From: Laetmonice hystrix
Lineage: Eukaryota
Assembly (NCBI GenBank): GCA_965235115.1
Contig: OZ249442.1
Span: 25,172,001-25,236,000, forward strand
DNA: 64,000 nucleotides
Direction: 5' to 3'
Shown: in pieces, positions 39,001-51,000 of the stretch
How the letters are laid out: each line of letters opens with the position of its first letter
Position numbering within the stretch: the stretch's first letter is position 1
Made by a program: the position numbers and the translations under genes
Notes under the pieces: model-generated
Told to the model about the DNA's origin: nothing
The model's input: only the letters and a program-made list of their open reading frames with translations
Database searches by the model: none

Positions 39001-42000
39001 GAAAGTCAAACTAGAATCACTGACAACAAATTAGGTCTGAGGACGAAAGTCAAACTAGAACCACTGACAACAAATTAGGTCTGAGGACGAAAGTCAAACT
39101 AGAATCACTGACAACAAATTAGGTCTGAGGACGAAAGTCAAACTCGAACCACTGACAACAAATTAGGTCTGAGGACGAAAGTCAAACTAGAACCACTGAC
39201 AACAAATTAGGTCTGAGGACGAAAGTCAAACTCGAACCACTGACAACAAATTAGGTCTGAGGACGAAAGTCAAACTCGAACCACTGACAACAAATTAGGT
39301 CTGAGGACGAAAGTCAAACTAGAACCACTGACAACAAATTAGGTCTGAGGACGAAAGTCAAACTAGAACCACTGACAACAAATTAGGTCTGAGGGGGAAA
39401 GCTGATAAACTATGAGGGGCCCAAGAGGGGTCAGTCTTCCTTCGCCACAGATGTTTTTATGGAATAAAACTTACAATGCTAACCCCAAAGAAAAAACAAT
39501 ACACGCCCCACCACCCCTCAACCCTCCCCCCCCCCCCTAGAAAAAAAGAAGAAGAAAAAGAAAAGAAATAGAGACGTATGAATGATGTCAAATAGATACA
39601 CTCTGTAAATGATTGTGATGTACAAATCGAGAATGTCTGAGCAGACCTGTTTTGTTCTAGGTACATGTATTGGACCGAGTATGGTCGGGTGTCTGGACAA
39701 CCTAAGGTTTGTCGGTCCTTCCTGGATGGTTCAAACAACGAAACCATCCTAGATACGAACCTGTCCTGGCCTAACGCCCTGGCTATCGCGGGCGGCAAAC
39801 TCTACGTCGCTGACGGATTCCAACTCAAGATAGAACAACTTAACATGGATGGTAAATTAATAACGGTTTTAATTTGGATAGGATTGACTATTTTAACTCT
39901 ATGGTCATCTTATATCATTGGTTTGGAATGGCACTAAGTCGGAGTTGTTTTGTATTTTGATAGCCGATCTCTGAAACCAGTGTATTATTTGTTCAGCTAC
40001 GTTTGAAAGTGAGCATCCAAATAATGAATCCCTTTGAACATCCCGGCATATATTACAAACAAGTACGGGTATTACATGTAGCTGCTGCTGCCAGTTGACA
40101 TCATTACGGGTTCGCAGAACAGAAAGAGAATAAAATGTTTCCACGGGTCCTTGGCAGCACATCTTGTCCCATTCAGTATGATTGATTTGTGGGGGGTGCC
40201 CAGGGAATCCCTGCTCTCCCCTAACCACCCTTATTATCGTTCATACATTGTGTTGTTCGTTAACCGTCCAGGTACTAGCCGACATGAAGTGGTCCAGTTA
40301 TCGGGTCAGATGGAGCATATATTCGGTATGGCCGTCACTGGGCGTAACGTCTATTACACGGACTGGTCGGCCAACACGACCGTCATGGCTGACGTCATCA
40401 CCGGTGACGTCATGACGCTGGCTTCCAACCTCTACCGACCGGGTGCTCTCTACTTCCACCGCCAGGGGCACTCGGCAGGTACAGTTTGGCTTTCCATCGC
40501 CCGTCTGGGTCTTGGTACCATGTTACATGTTAGCGTTATTAAAGTTTTGGGGGCGGTCTCTGGACCGAGGTTTGGGGGTCAGGATTGGGAGAATATGATA
40601 AATTTCTCGTCGATGTCAGACCTGCCAAATCTTTATGTCTAACAAGTGGGAGAATCTCCCCACTTGAGGTAATCCCAAGCGGGAGATAATTCGCGACAAA
40701 ACGGTACCAGTGATTAAACATCTTGTATTCACGAGTGACGTCGCCATAATTCAACAGGGGGCGCATGCAAAGATAGGCCGATACCAAAGAACAGCAGAGA
40801 GGCCTCATGTGAACACCATCAACTAGATGGCGCTACCGAGCCTGGGGTTGTGGTGCCTCTGAAAAAAAGGCGCCCTTTAACCCGCATCTATGCAAATGAA
40901 TGGTCAGGCGGGAGATTTCACAGGTTAGTCGGGAGACCGGGAGAAAAGGGCAAAAACACCCCAAATTCGGGAGTTCTCCCGCCTAAGCGGGAGTTTTGGC
41001 AGGTCTGCGATGTAACTGTGAGGATCTTACTGTCGGTATTTGCCAGCTGTCTTGTTTCTGTCCATCTGTACAAGGGACATTATAATAAAGTGATATGTAC
41101 AGTGGTTCTAGAACACTTGCATGCTGATTCACCCCCCTGAACATTTGTCTGAAGGACATATCTCCCGCGGACTCCCCCCCCCGGACATTTGTCTGAAGGT
41201 CATATCTCCCGCGGACTCCCCCCTCCGGACATTTGTCTGAAGGTCATATCTCCCGCAGACTCCCCCCCCCGGACATTTGTCTGAAGGTCATATCTCCCGC
41301 GGACTCCCCCCCCCCCCCGGACATTTGTCTGAAGGACATATCTCCCGCGGACTCCCCCCCCCCCTGGACATTTGTCTAAAGGTCATATCTCCCGCGGACT
41401 CTCTCCCCCCTCCGGACATTTGTCTAAAGGACATATCTCCAGCGGACTCCCCCCCCTCCGGACATTTGTCTGAAGGACATATCTCCCGCGGACCCCCCCC
41501 CCACCTACGGACATTTATCTGAAGGACATATCTCCCGCGGACCCCCCCCCCCTTCCGAACATTCGTCTGAAGGACATATCTTCCGCGGACTCCCCCCCCC
41601 GGACATTTGGCTGAAGGACATATCTCCCGCGGACTCCGCCCCCCCCTCCGGAAATTTGTCTGAAGGACATATCTCCCGCGGACTTCCCCCCCGGACATTT
41701 GTCTGAAGGTCATATCTCCCGCGGACTCCCCCCCCCCTCCGGACATTTGTCTGAAGGTCATATCTCCCGCGGACTCCCCCCCCCGGACATTTGTCTGAAG
41801 GTCATATCTCCCGCGGACTCTCTCCCCCCCTCCGGACATTTGTCTGAAGGACATATCTCCCGCGGACTCCCCCCCCCCCCCCGGACATTTGTCTGAAGGT
41901 CATATCTCCCGCGGACTCCCCCCCCCCCCGGACATTTGTCTGAAGGTCATATCTCCCGCGGACTTCCCCCCCCCCGGACGTTTGGCTGAAGGACATATCT

Positions 42001-45000
42001 CCCGCGGACTCTCCCCCCCTCCGGACATTTGTCTGAAGGACTTATCTCCCGCGGACTCCCCCCCGGACATTTGTCTGAAGGTCATATCTCCCGCGGACTC
42101 CCCCCCCCCGGACATTCGTCTGAAGGACATATCTTCCGCGGACTCCCCCCCCCCCCGGACATTTGTCTGAAGGACATATCTCCCGCGGACTCCCCCCCGG
42201 ACATTCGTCTGAAGGTCATATCTCCCGCGGACTCCCCCCCCCCGGACATTCGTCTGAAGGACATATCTTCCGCGGACTCCCCCCCCGGACATTTGTCTGA
42301 AGGACATATCTCCCGCGGACTCCCCCCCCCCCTCCGGACATTTGTCTGAAGGTCATATCTCCCGCGGACTCCCCCCCCCCCGGACGTTTGGCTGAAGGAC
42401 ATATCTCCCGCGGACTCCGCCCCCCCCCCCCTCCGGACATTTGTCTGAAGGTCATATCTCCCGCGGACTCTCCCCACACGGGCCCACACCCCATCCTGTT
42501 TATTGCCCACACCCCATCCTGTTTATTACCCACACCCCATCCTGTTTATTACCCACACCCCATCCTGTTTATTGTCCACACCCCATCCTGTTTATTGCCC
42601 AGACCCCATCCTGTTTATTGTCCACACCCCATCCTGTTTATTACCCACACCCCATCCTGTTTATTGCCCAGACCCCATCCTGTTTATTGCCCAGGCCCCA
42701 TCCTGTTTATTACCCACACCCCATCCTGTTTATTACCCAGACCCCATCCTGTTTATTACCCACACCCCATCCTGTTTATTACCCACACCCCATCCTGTTT
42801 ATTGCCCAGACCCCATCATGTTTATTGCCCAGACCCCATCATGTTTATTACCCACACCCCATCCTGTTAATTGTTTATATCAGTGACTTTTTATGCAAAA
42901 TTATATTGACTATCCGTACGCATGTATGTTAACGAGGTATGGCAAAAAGACATATAGATGAAACTATTATAAAACGTGTGTATTCACACACATACATTGT
43001 AAGTACATTTAACAATACTCAATGTATCACACACATATGTAGTATGTTTTCATTTCATATATTAGAAATACAATGATTAATTGACGAAAGTTTATTCCTA
43101 GAAGTTCAGTAGTCGGAAAGTTTACACGTCTTTCCAAGGTCCCTAAATGTTATACATATTGTTGTTGTTGTTGATATGATTTGGCCCTGAAACAGTAAAC
43201 ACCTCGAGAGAGTTAGTTATTACCTTTGGGAGATGGTAAAGCTCGCATTGTCTGGTTCGTGTTTTTGATTCATATTGAAACATGTAAACACGTTATTTTG
43301 TTATTCTGTTATTCTGACCTGCCCCTGTAGTGTATGCTACAGTGGTCACATGACCCCCTGCATAGTCCATTTGTGATAATGAATAAAGAAATGCTAACAA
43401 TGTTTAATTAGTAATTAGTAATTAAGCGGCCGTGTTGTGACAGGTTCCGACGAATGCAGTGACCACCAACACAACTGTAGCTTTATGTGCGTGTCCGTGC
43501 CCAATGGACGCCGCTGTACGTGTCCACTCGGCATGCAGCTGGCGTCAGACGCTAGATCATGTTTAGATGGTAAGTGATCACAAACATGCAGTGACCACCA
43601 ACACAACTGTAGCTTTATGTGCGTGTCCGTGCCCAATGGACGCCGCTGTACGTGTCCGCTCGGCATGCAGCTGGCGTCAGACGCTAGATCATGTTTAGAT
43701 GGTAAGTGATCACAAACATGCAGTGACCACCAACACAACTGTAGCTTTATGTGCGTGTCCGTGCCCAATGGACGCCGCTGTACGTGTCCGCTCGGCATGC
43801 AGCTGGCGTCAGACGGTAGATCATGTTTAGATGGTAAGTGATCACAAACATGCAGTGACCACCAACACAACTGTAGCTTTATGTGCGTGCCCGTGCCCAA
43901 TGGACGCCGCTGTACGTGTCCGCTCGGCATGCAGCTGGCGTCAGACGGTAGATCATGTTTAGATGGTAAGTGATCACAAACATGCAGTGACCACCAACAC
44001 AACTGTAGCTTTATGTGCGTGTCCGTGCCCAATGGACGCCGCTGTACGTGTCCGCTCGGCATGCAGCTGGCGTCAGACGGTAGATCATGTTTAGATGGTA
44101 AGTGATCACAAACATGCAGTGACCACCAACACAACTGTAGCTTTATGTGCGTGCCCGTGCCCAATGGACGCCGCTGTACGTGTCCGCTCGGCATGCAGCT
44201 GGCGTCAGACGGTAGATCATGTTTAGATGGTAAGCTCTCACCAATATGTAATCCCAAACTGGTATAGGGTTTCTATGAGGACACATAATTGCTTATAAAA
44301 AGTAAATGGAACAATATAGTTTCAGACGATACGTCCAGAGACGTAAGGACACATGTAGTACGACCCTGGTAGGAGAAATGCCGCTTGTTTTATTGTAACA
44401 AACTGTGTGTTAACACGTCAACTCTCCGTTTGTCTCAGAGCACGTGTGGACGGTAGCAGACTGGGTGAGATGTCCTCAGAAATGTCACCGGTTTGGTCAC
44501 TGTGCGCATCTCGTCTCAACCTCCGTCTACCGCTGTGTGTGTGGCGACGGTTTCCATGGAGACGGACACACTCAATGTGAAGGTAGTAACAATGACGTCA
44601 TGGTACGATAGGGGTGTGTCAGAACACGTTGTGGTTCGTTCAGGATTGATTCCAGGCCTCTGTGTAGGTCTACTTGTAGGTGGGTTAGTATCGGGGGTGT
44701 GGGTCTCAGTGTAAACAGGGAGTATCATGGGGTTTATTATAGAATTATTATGATTCCAGGCCTCTGTGTAGGTCTACTTGTAGGTGGGTTAGTATCGGGG
44801 GTGTGGGTCTCAGTGTAAACAGGGAGTATCATGGGGTTTATTATAGAATTATTATGATTCCAGGCCTCTGTGTAGGTCTACTTACTTGTAGGTGGGTTAG
44901 TATCGGGGGTGTGGGTCTCAGTGTAAACAGTATCAGGGGGCTTATTATAGGGGGTTATACACAAGCGGAGGGTAGCTTAGATCTAGATATCTGACATGCA

Positions 45001-48000
45001 CTACCGAGGCGAGTTATCCTACCCCAGAGTGTGGCCGTAATAAAACTTCTCATGTCGGCATCAACACATAACGTACCTGGTAGACTACCACACCAGCAGG
45101 TGCTGTTGCCGTTTTTACATGTGCCAAAATGATTACATAACTATTGACCTACCACTTGATACGATGTCGTATACCTTGTTTTTTACATGTGCCATAATGA
45201 TTACATAACTATTGACCTACCACTTGTTGTCGTATACCTTGTTTTTTACATGTGCCATAATGATTACATAACTATTGACCTACCACTTGTTACGATGTCG
45301 TATACCTTGTTTTTTTTACATGTGCCATAATGATTACATAACTATTGACCTACCACTTGTTACGATGTCGTATACCTTGTTTTTTTACATGTGCCATAAT
45401 GATTACATAACTATTGACCTACCACTTGTTACGATGTCGTATACCTTGTTTTTTTACATGTGCCATAATGATTACATAACTATTGACCTACCACTTGTTA
45501 CGATGTCGTATACCTTGTTTTTTTTACATGTGCCATAATGATTACATAACTATTGACCTACCACGTGTTACGATGTCGTATACCTTGTTTTTTACATGTG
45601 CCATAATGATTACATAACTATTGACCTACCACTTGTTACGATGTCGTATACCTTGTTTTTTTTACATGTGCCATAATGATTACATAACTATTGACCTACC
45701 ACTTGTTACGATGTCGTATACCTTGTTTTTTTTACATGTGCCATAATGATTACATAACTATTGACCTACCACGTGTTACGATGTCGTATACCTTGTTTTT
45801 TACATGTGCCATAATGATTACATAACTATTGACCTACCACTTGTTACGATGTCGTATACCTTGTTTTTTACATGTGCCATAATGATTACATAACTATTGA
45901 CCTACCACTTGTTGTCGTATACCTTGTTTTTTTACATGTGCCATAATGATTACATAACTATTGACCTACCACTTGTTGTCGTATACCTTGTTTTTTTACA
46001 TGTGCCATAATGATTACATAACTATTGACCTACCACTTGTTACGATGTCGTATACCTTGTTTTTTACATGTGCCATAATGATTACATAACTATTGACCTA
46101 CCACTTGTTGTCGTATACCTTGTTTTTTTACATGTGCCATAATGATTACATAACTATTGACCTACCACTTGTCGTATACCTTGTTTTTTACATGTGCCAT
46201 AATGATTACATAACTATTGACCTACCACTTGATACGATGTCGTATACCTTGTTGGCAGCCTGTCCTGTAGACACGTACAAGGCGTCACTTAGCAACGCGT
46301 CATGCACGACGTGTCCCCCAGGCTCGGGTACCATTGGTTGGACCGGAAGCACGACTTGTATGTGTGACGATCCAAACTTTGACTTTAGCGGCGGCAAGTG
46401 TACTTTTCACGTCATAGGTAAGTAATACCAACAACGAAACCGTTAGTAAACCAAACGTGATCATGTTGCTGCTCTCATCCCCAGAAATCATTGTCAACTT
46501 ACCGGCACGATTGGCTCTCGTTACCAAGTTGACCAAAGTTAATTTGGTAAAATGAGGAAATTTTAAAACATTTTCACACATAGGAAAGTTTGATGTATAG
46601 GATTGCGATATGTTCTATAGGGGGGTTGCTATCCGTCTAGGTATATCGCACGTGGTAACTTACACCCCACGAAATTTGGTCTAAAGTAACGATCCATAGC
46701 CCTGACCTTATCCCTAACCCCTATCCCCGGTCCCGACACCTCCCAAAAACAAACATTTTGTGGTAAAGTTAGCTCCCTTTGGCCCTTAGATTGGATTATG
46801 AAACAGGATTTGTCGCTAAAGCTGATCATTGTCTCGTCCCCTTGTTAATCTCCAACACATTAATCAGGACCATAAGGCGTTTAAAATGATAAATGGTGAC
46901 TTTGAAAGATAATGGAAACGAATGATACTTTCATTTCAGAGGATGTCGCCGAGAATGGGAGTGAAATTGGCGAAACCTCTCGTGGTACGTGGTAAGATTG
47001 TCTGATCGTCTGCCCGTGTTGGTGGCGCTAGGTGGCGCTAGGTGGCGCTAGGTGTCGGCCGATCGATGTGCGCCACAGAAAGACAGGAAAACATCGGCTT
47101 GGGGGGGGGGGGGTCATCAAAAAGAATACTCTTTGTACGCTTGTGAAAATGTTGAACCACCCCTGAGTTTAATATGTCCTAGAATCTTATTGTAGCGAGT
47201 CTGTTGGCAGTATTGATATCCTGACTGTGTGATGGTAACGGTGATTTCTGACGTATTAGTTGTAGGCCTATACCTGATTACTTCCACTGGCAGGTTGCAA
47301 TGTGACACCCCTGTTGTTGAGGCAGCCGCTCTATGGGAGACTCGAGTGTGTGGTGGACGCGAGCAGGGGGCGATTATGTCGGACATTGTGTGACAGCGTT
47401 AACTTTTACCTGAACCCACGGCCCGAGTACAGCGCCATCTACTGTCTGCCGACTGGCGTCTGGCAGAACAACTTTCCTTCAGACTACGTCCTCAAGGCTT
47501 GCCTTCGTACGTATATGGGTTAACGGCATCATGTTCTGGTTTGGTTCTAGTTACGGGGCCTTGGCGCCGCCAGAAATAGCTATAGTTTATAATAGTGACG
47601 AGCCTATATTTTGATCATGAGCTATGCTGACTCCAATGTGAACTATTTTTCAATTTATTTTTTAATAGGAAAAACCTCAGAACGTATGATTGTGAGGAGG
47701 TTATTTTTCTGGTTCACTGGGCCGTGTAATTCCAAGAACAACACCCTAAAGCGGGCGATAATTGGGGCAATGTTGGCCGTACTCGAGCAAGACGGGCTTT
47801 GTTCGCGCTCGTACGGCGGTCGTGACGTCTGCCTTAGCTGTGACGCCACTTTCCTTGACGTCACGTGCCGCGTAGGGCGCAGGCGCAGATCATCGAGTAG
47901 GCGCAGGAGTGCTGACCTCTTGGTACTGTGGACAGTCCGTGCCAATTCAAGGTCAGAACACGTTTGGTATATGTCTGAGTACATAGAGTACTATCACGTA

Positions 48001-51000
48001 CCAGCCATTGGTCATTGGTTTGGTACTATATGTCTGAGTACATAGAGTACTATCACGTACCAGCCATTGGTCATTGGTTTGGTATATGTCTGATTACATA
48101 GAGTACTATCACGTACCAGCCATTGGTCATTGGTTTGGTATATGTCTGATTACATAGAGTACTATCACGTACCAGCCATTGGTCATTGGTTTGGTGTCTG
48201 ATTACATAGAGTACTATCACGTACCAGCCATTGGTCATTGGTTTGGTGTCTGATTACATAGAGTACTATCACGTACCAGCCATTGGTCATTGGTTTGGTA
48301 TATGTCTGATTACATAGAGTACTATCACGTACCAGCCATTGGTCATTGGTTTGGTATATGTCTGAGTACATAGAGTACTATCACGTACCAGCCATTGGTC
48401 ATTGGTTTGGTATATGTCTGAGTACATAGAGTACTATCACGTACCAGCCATTGGTCATTGGTTTGGTATATGTCTGAGTACATAGAGTACTATCACGTAC
48501 CAGCCATTGGTCATTGGTTTGGTGTCTGATTACATAGAGTACTATCACGTACCAGCCATTGGTCATTGGTTTGGTGTCTGATTACATAGAGTACTATCAC
48601 GTACCAGCCATTGGTCATTGGTTTGGTATATGTCTGATTACATAGAGTACTATCACGTACCAGCCATTGGTCATTGGTTTGGTATATGTCTGATTACATA
48701 GAGTACTATCACGTACCAGCCATTGGTCATTGGTTTGGTATACGTCTGATTACATAGAGTACTATCACGTACCAGCCATTGGTCATTGGTTTGGTATATG
48801 TCTGATTACATAGAGTACTATCACGTACCAGCCATTGGTCATTGGTTTGGTATATGTCTGAGTACATAGAGTACTATCACGTACCAGCCATTGGTCATTG
48901 GTTTGGTATATGTCTGAGTACATAGAGTACTATCACGTACCAGCCATTGGTCATTGGTTTGGTATATGTCTGAGTACATAGAGTACTATCACGTACCAGC
49001 CATTGGTCATTGGTTTGGTGTCTGATTACATAGAGTACTATCACGTACCAGCCATTGGTCATTGGTTTGGTGTCTGATTACATAGAGTACTATCACGTAC
49101 CAGCCATTGGTCATTGGTTTGGTATATGTCTGATTACATAGAGTACTATCACGTACCAGCCATTGGTCATTGGTTTGGTATATGTCTGATTACATAGAGT
49201 ACTATCACGTACCAGCCATTGGTCATTGGTTTGGTATATGTCTGAGTACATAGAGTACTATCACGTACCAGCCATTGGTCATTGGTTTGGTATATGTCTG
49301 AGTACATAGAGTACTATCACGTACCAGCCATTGGTCATTGGTTTGGTGTCTGAGTACATAGAGTACTATCACGTACCAGCCATTGGTCATTGGTTTGGTA
49401 TATGTCTGAGTACATAGAGTACTATCACGTACCAGCCATTGGTCATTGGTTTGGTATATGTCTGAGTACATAGAGTACTATCACGTATCAGTCATTGATC
49501 ATTCATAGGGCATCAAAGTTAGTCTCTCTGAAATAGGAGTAACTTTAAGATATAAGATGCAACCATGTGTTTCTAACATATCGGTTTAAAAAAATGGTTG
49601 GCTTCATTAAAATGATTGGAAGAGTTGAATGCCAATCTCTATGGTTATGAATTTAGACTGATACCGCATGGCATTTGACTGATCTGATAGGGGGATGCGT
49701 TCAAGGACAATTTTTGGACGCATGACAAGACATAATCTTGAATGCTACCAGGGCCATTGTCTAGGCCTCGCTAATATCGCGAAGAATCCACTGATCTATG
49801 TAATCTTGAATGCATGATTTTATATTCCCGGGGTTTTGTGTTTTTTCCATACGGGTAGCATAGAGAAAAGCCTGTCGACGGCCGAGCAGAGGGTGAACGA
49901 TCGAGTAGCTCAGCTTCAAGCCCGTTTTGACATGGGTCTCACCTTCCAGGCGGGTGATGGCACGTATGTAAGTGTGTGGCAGTCAGGCAGTGTGGCGCCA
50001 CTTGTACTACGATGTGGTCACGGAGCGGTCAACAGTTCCAATATCTGTCGTAAGGATTGCTTCAACACATTGTTTTGACAGTTTTTACACTTTATTTTTT
50101 TTTTTTGAAAAATAATAATACATGTAATAAAATATCCAGGTCGGGGGCATTACACAGGTCGGGCGGGGACGCTAAACACGTAACTTTTTTTATTTGGCCT
50201 AATTGTAGTATTTCGTTGTTATTGGATAGTAATTTTAATAAGGGAATATAGGGTAGCAATCACACGTGAGGTTGGCGGGATAGTGTCGTCTCCATGGTTT
50301 CCTATTGTTTTCAGTTGTGTGTCCTGTTGGTACGTACAAGTCTGGAGATTGGTGTGAAGATTGTCCACCAGGGGGCTATCAGGACGAGGAGGGCCAGGAA
50401 GACTGCAAGGTTTGCCCTGGACACGGGACTACCTCCCCACCCGGCGCCTTCCGACAGACACAGTGTAAGCATCCTTGTGGCAGTTATACCAGCGAATAGC
50501 AATCCGCGACGATACTAATTATAGCATTGCCCCCTTCAATGACGTCACATTTTAAATGTGCACAATTAAAATACTCGGATCAACATCACCCACGGAGCAG
50601 CTGTTCACTGTGTACAAACAAACACGCGACCGGGTGGAGAATCTACAAATAGATATTGTGCTTAAACTACGGTCCGAAAAATTGGTGTTTGATGCCAACA
50701 GGATGCTAACAACAAACTAAGCAATGCTGTTACGGACTGTGTAAAAGTGATGACAGTAGATGACAACCCCCAGAATGAAAGACGTTCTCAAAACCAAAAC
50801 CAAAACGACCCCCCCCCCCCCATGCAGTGCTGGGATCGTGGAACCATGCAGTTTCTTCTTTGCAATTTTACCTCAACCATTTTATAGAAAGTAGATCTAT
50901 ATTCGTGCAGTGTATCCTGGTTTACCTCTATTTTTTCCAAAGCAACTTAGCATTTACAGGGGCGGATCCAGAGGGGTTGTTGCCGGGGGGGGGGGGGGGG

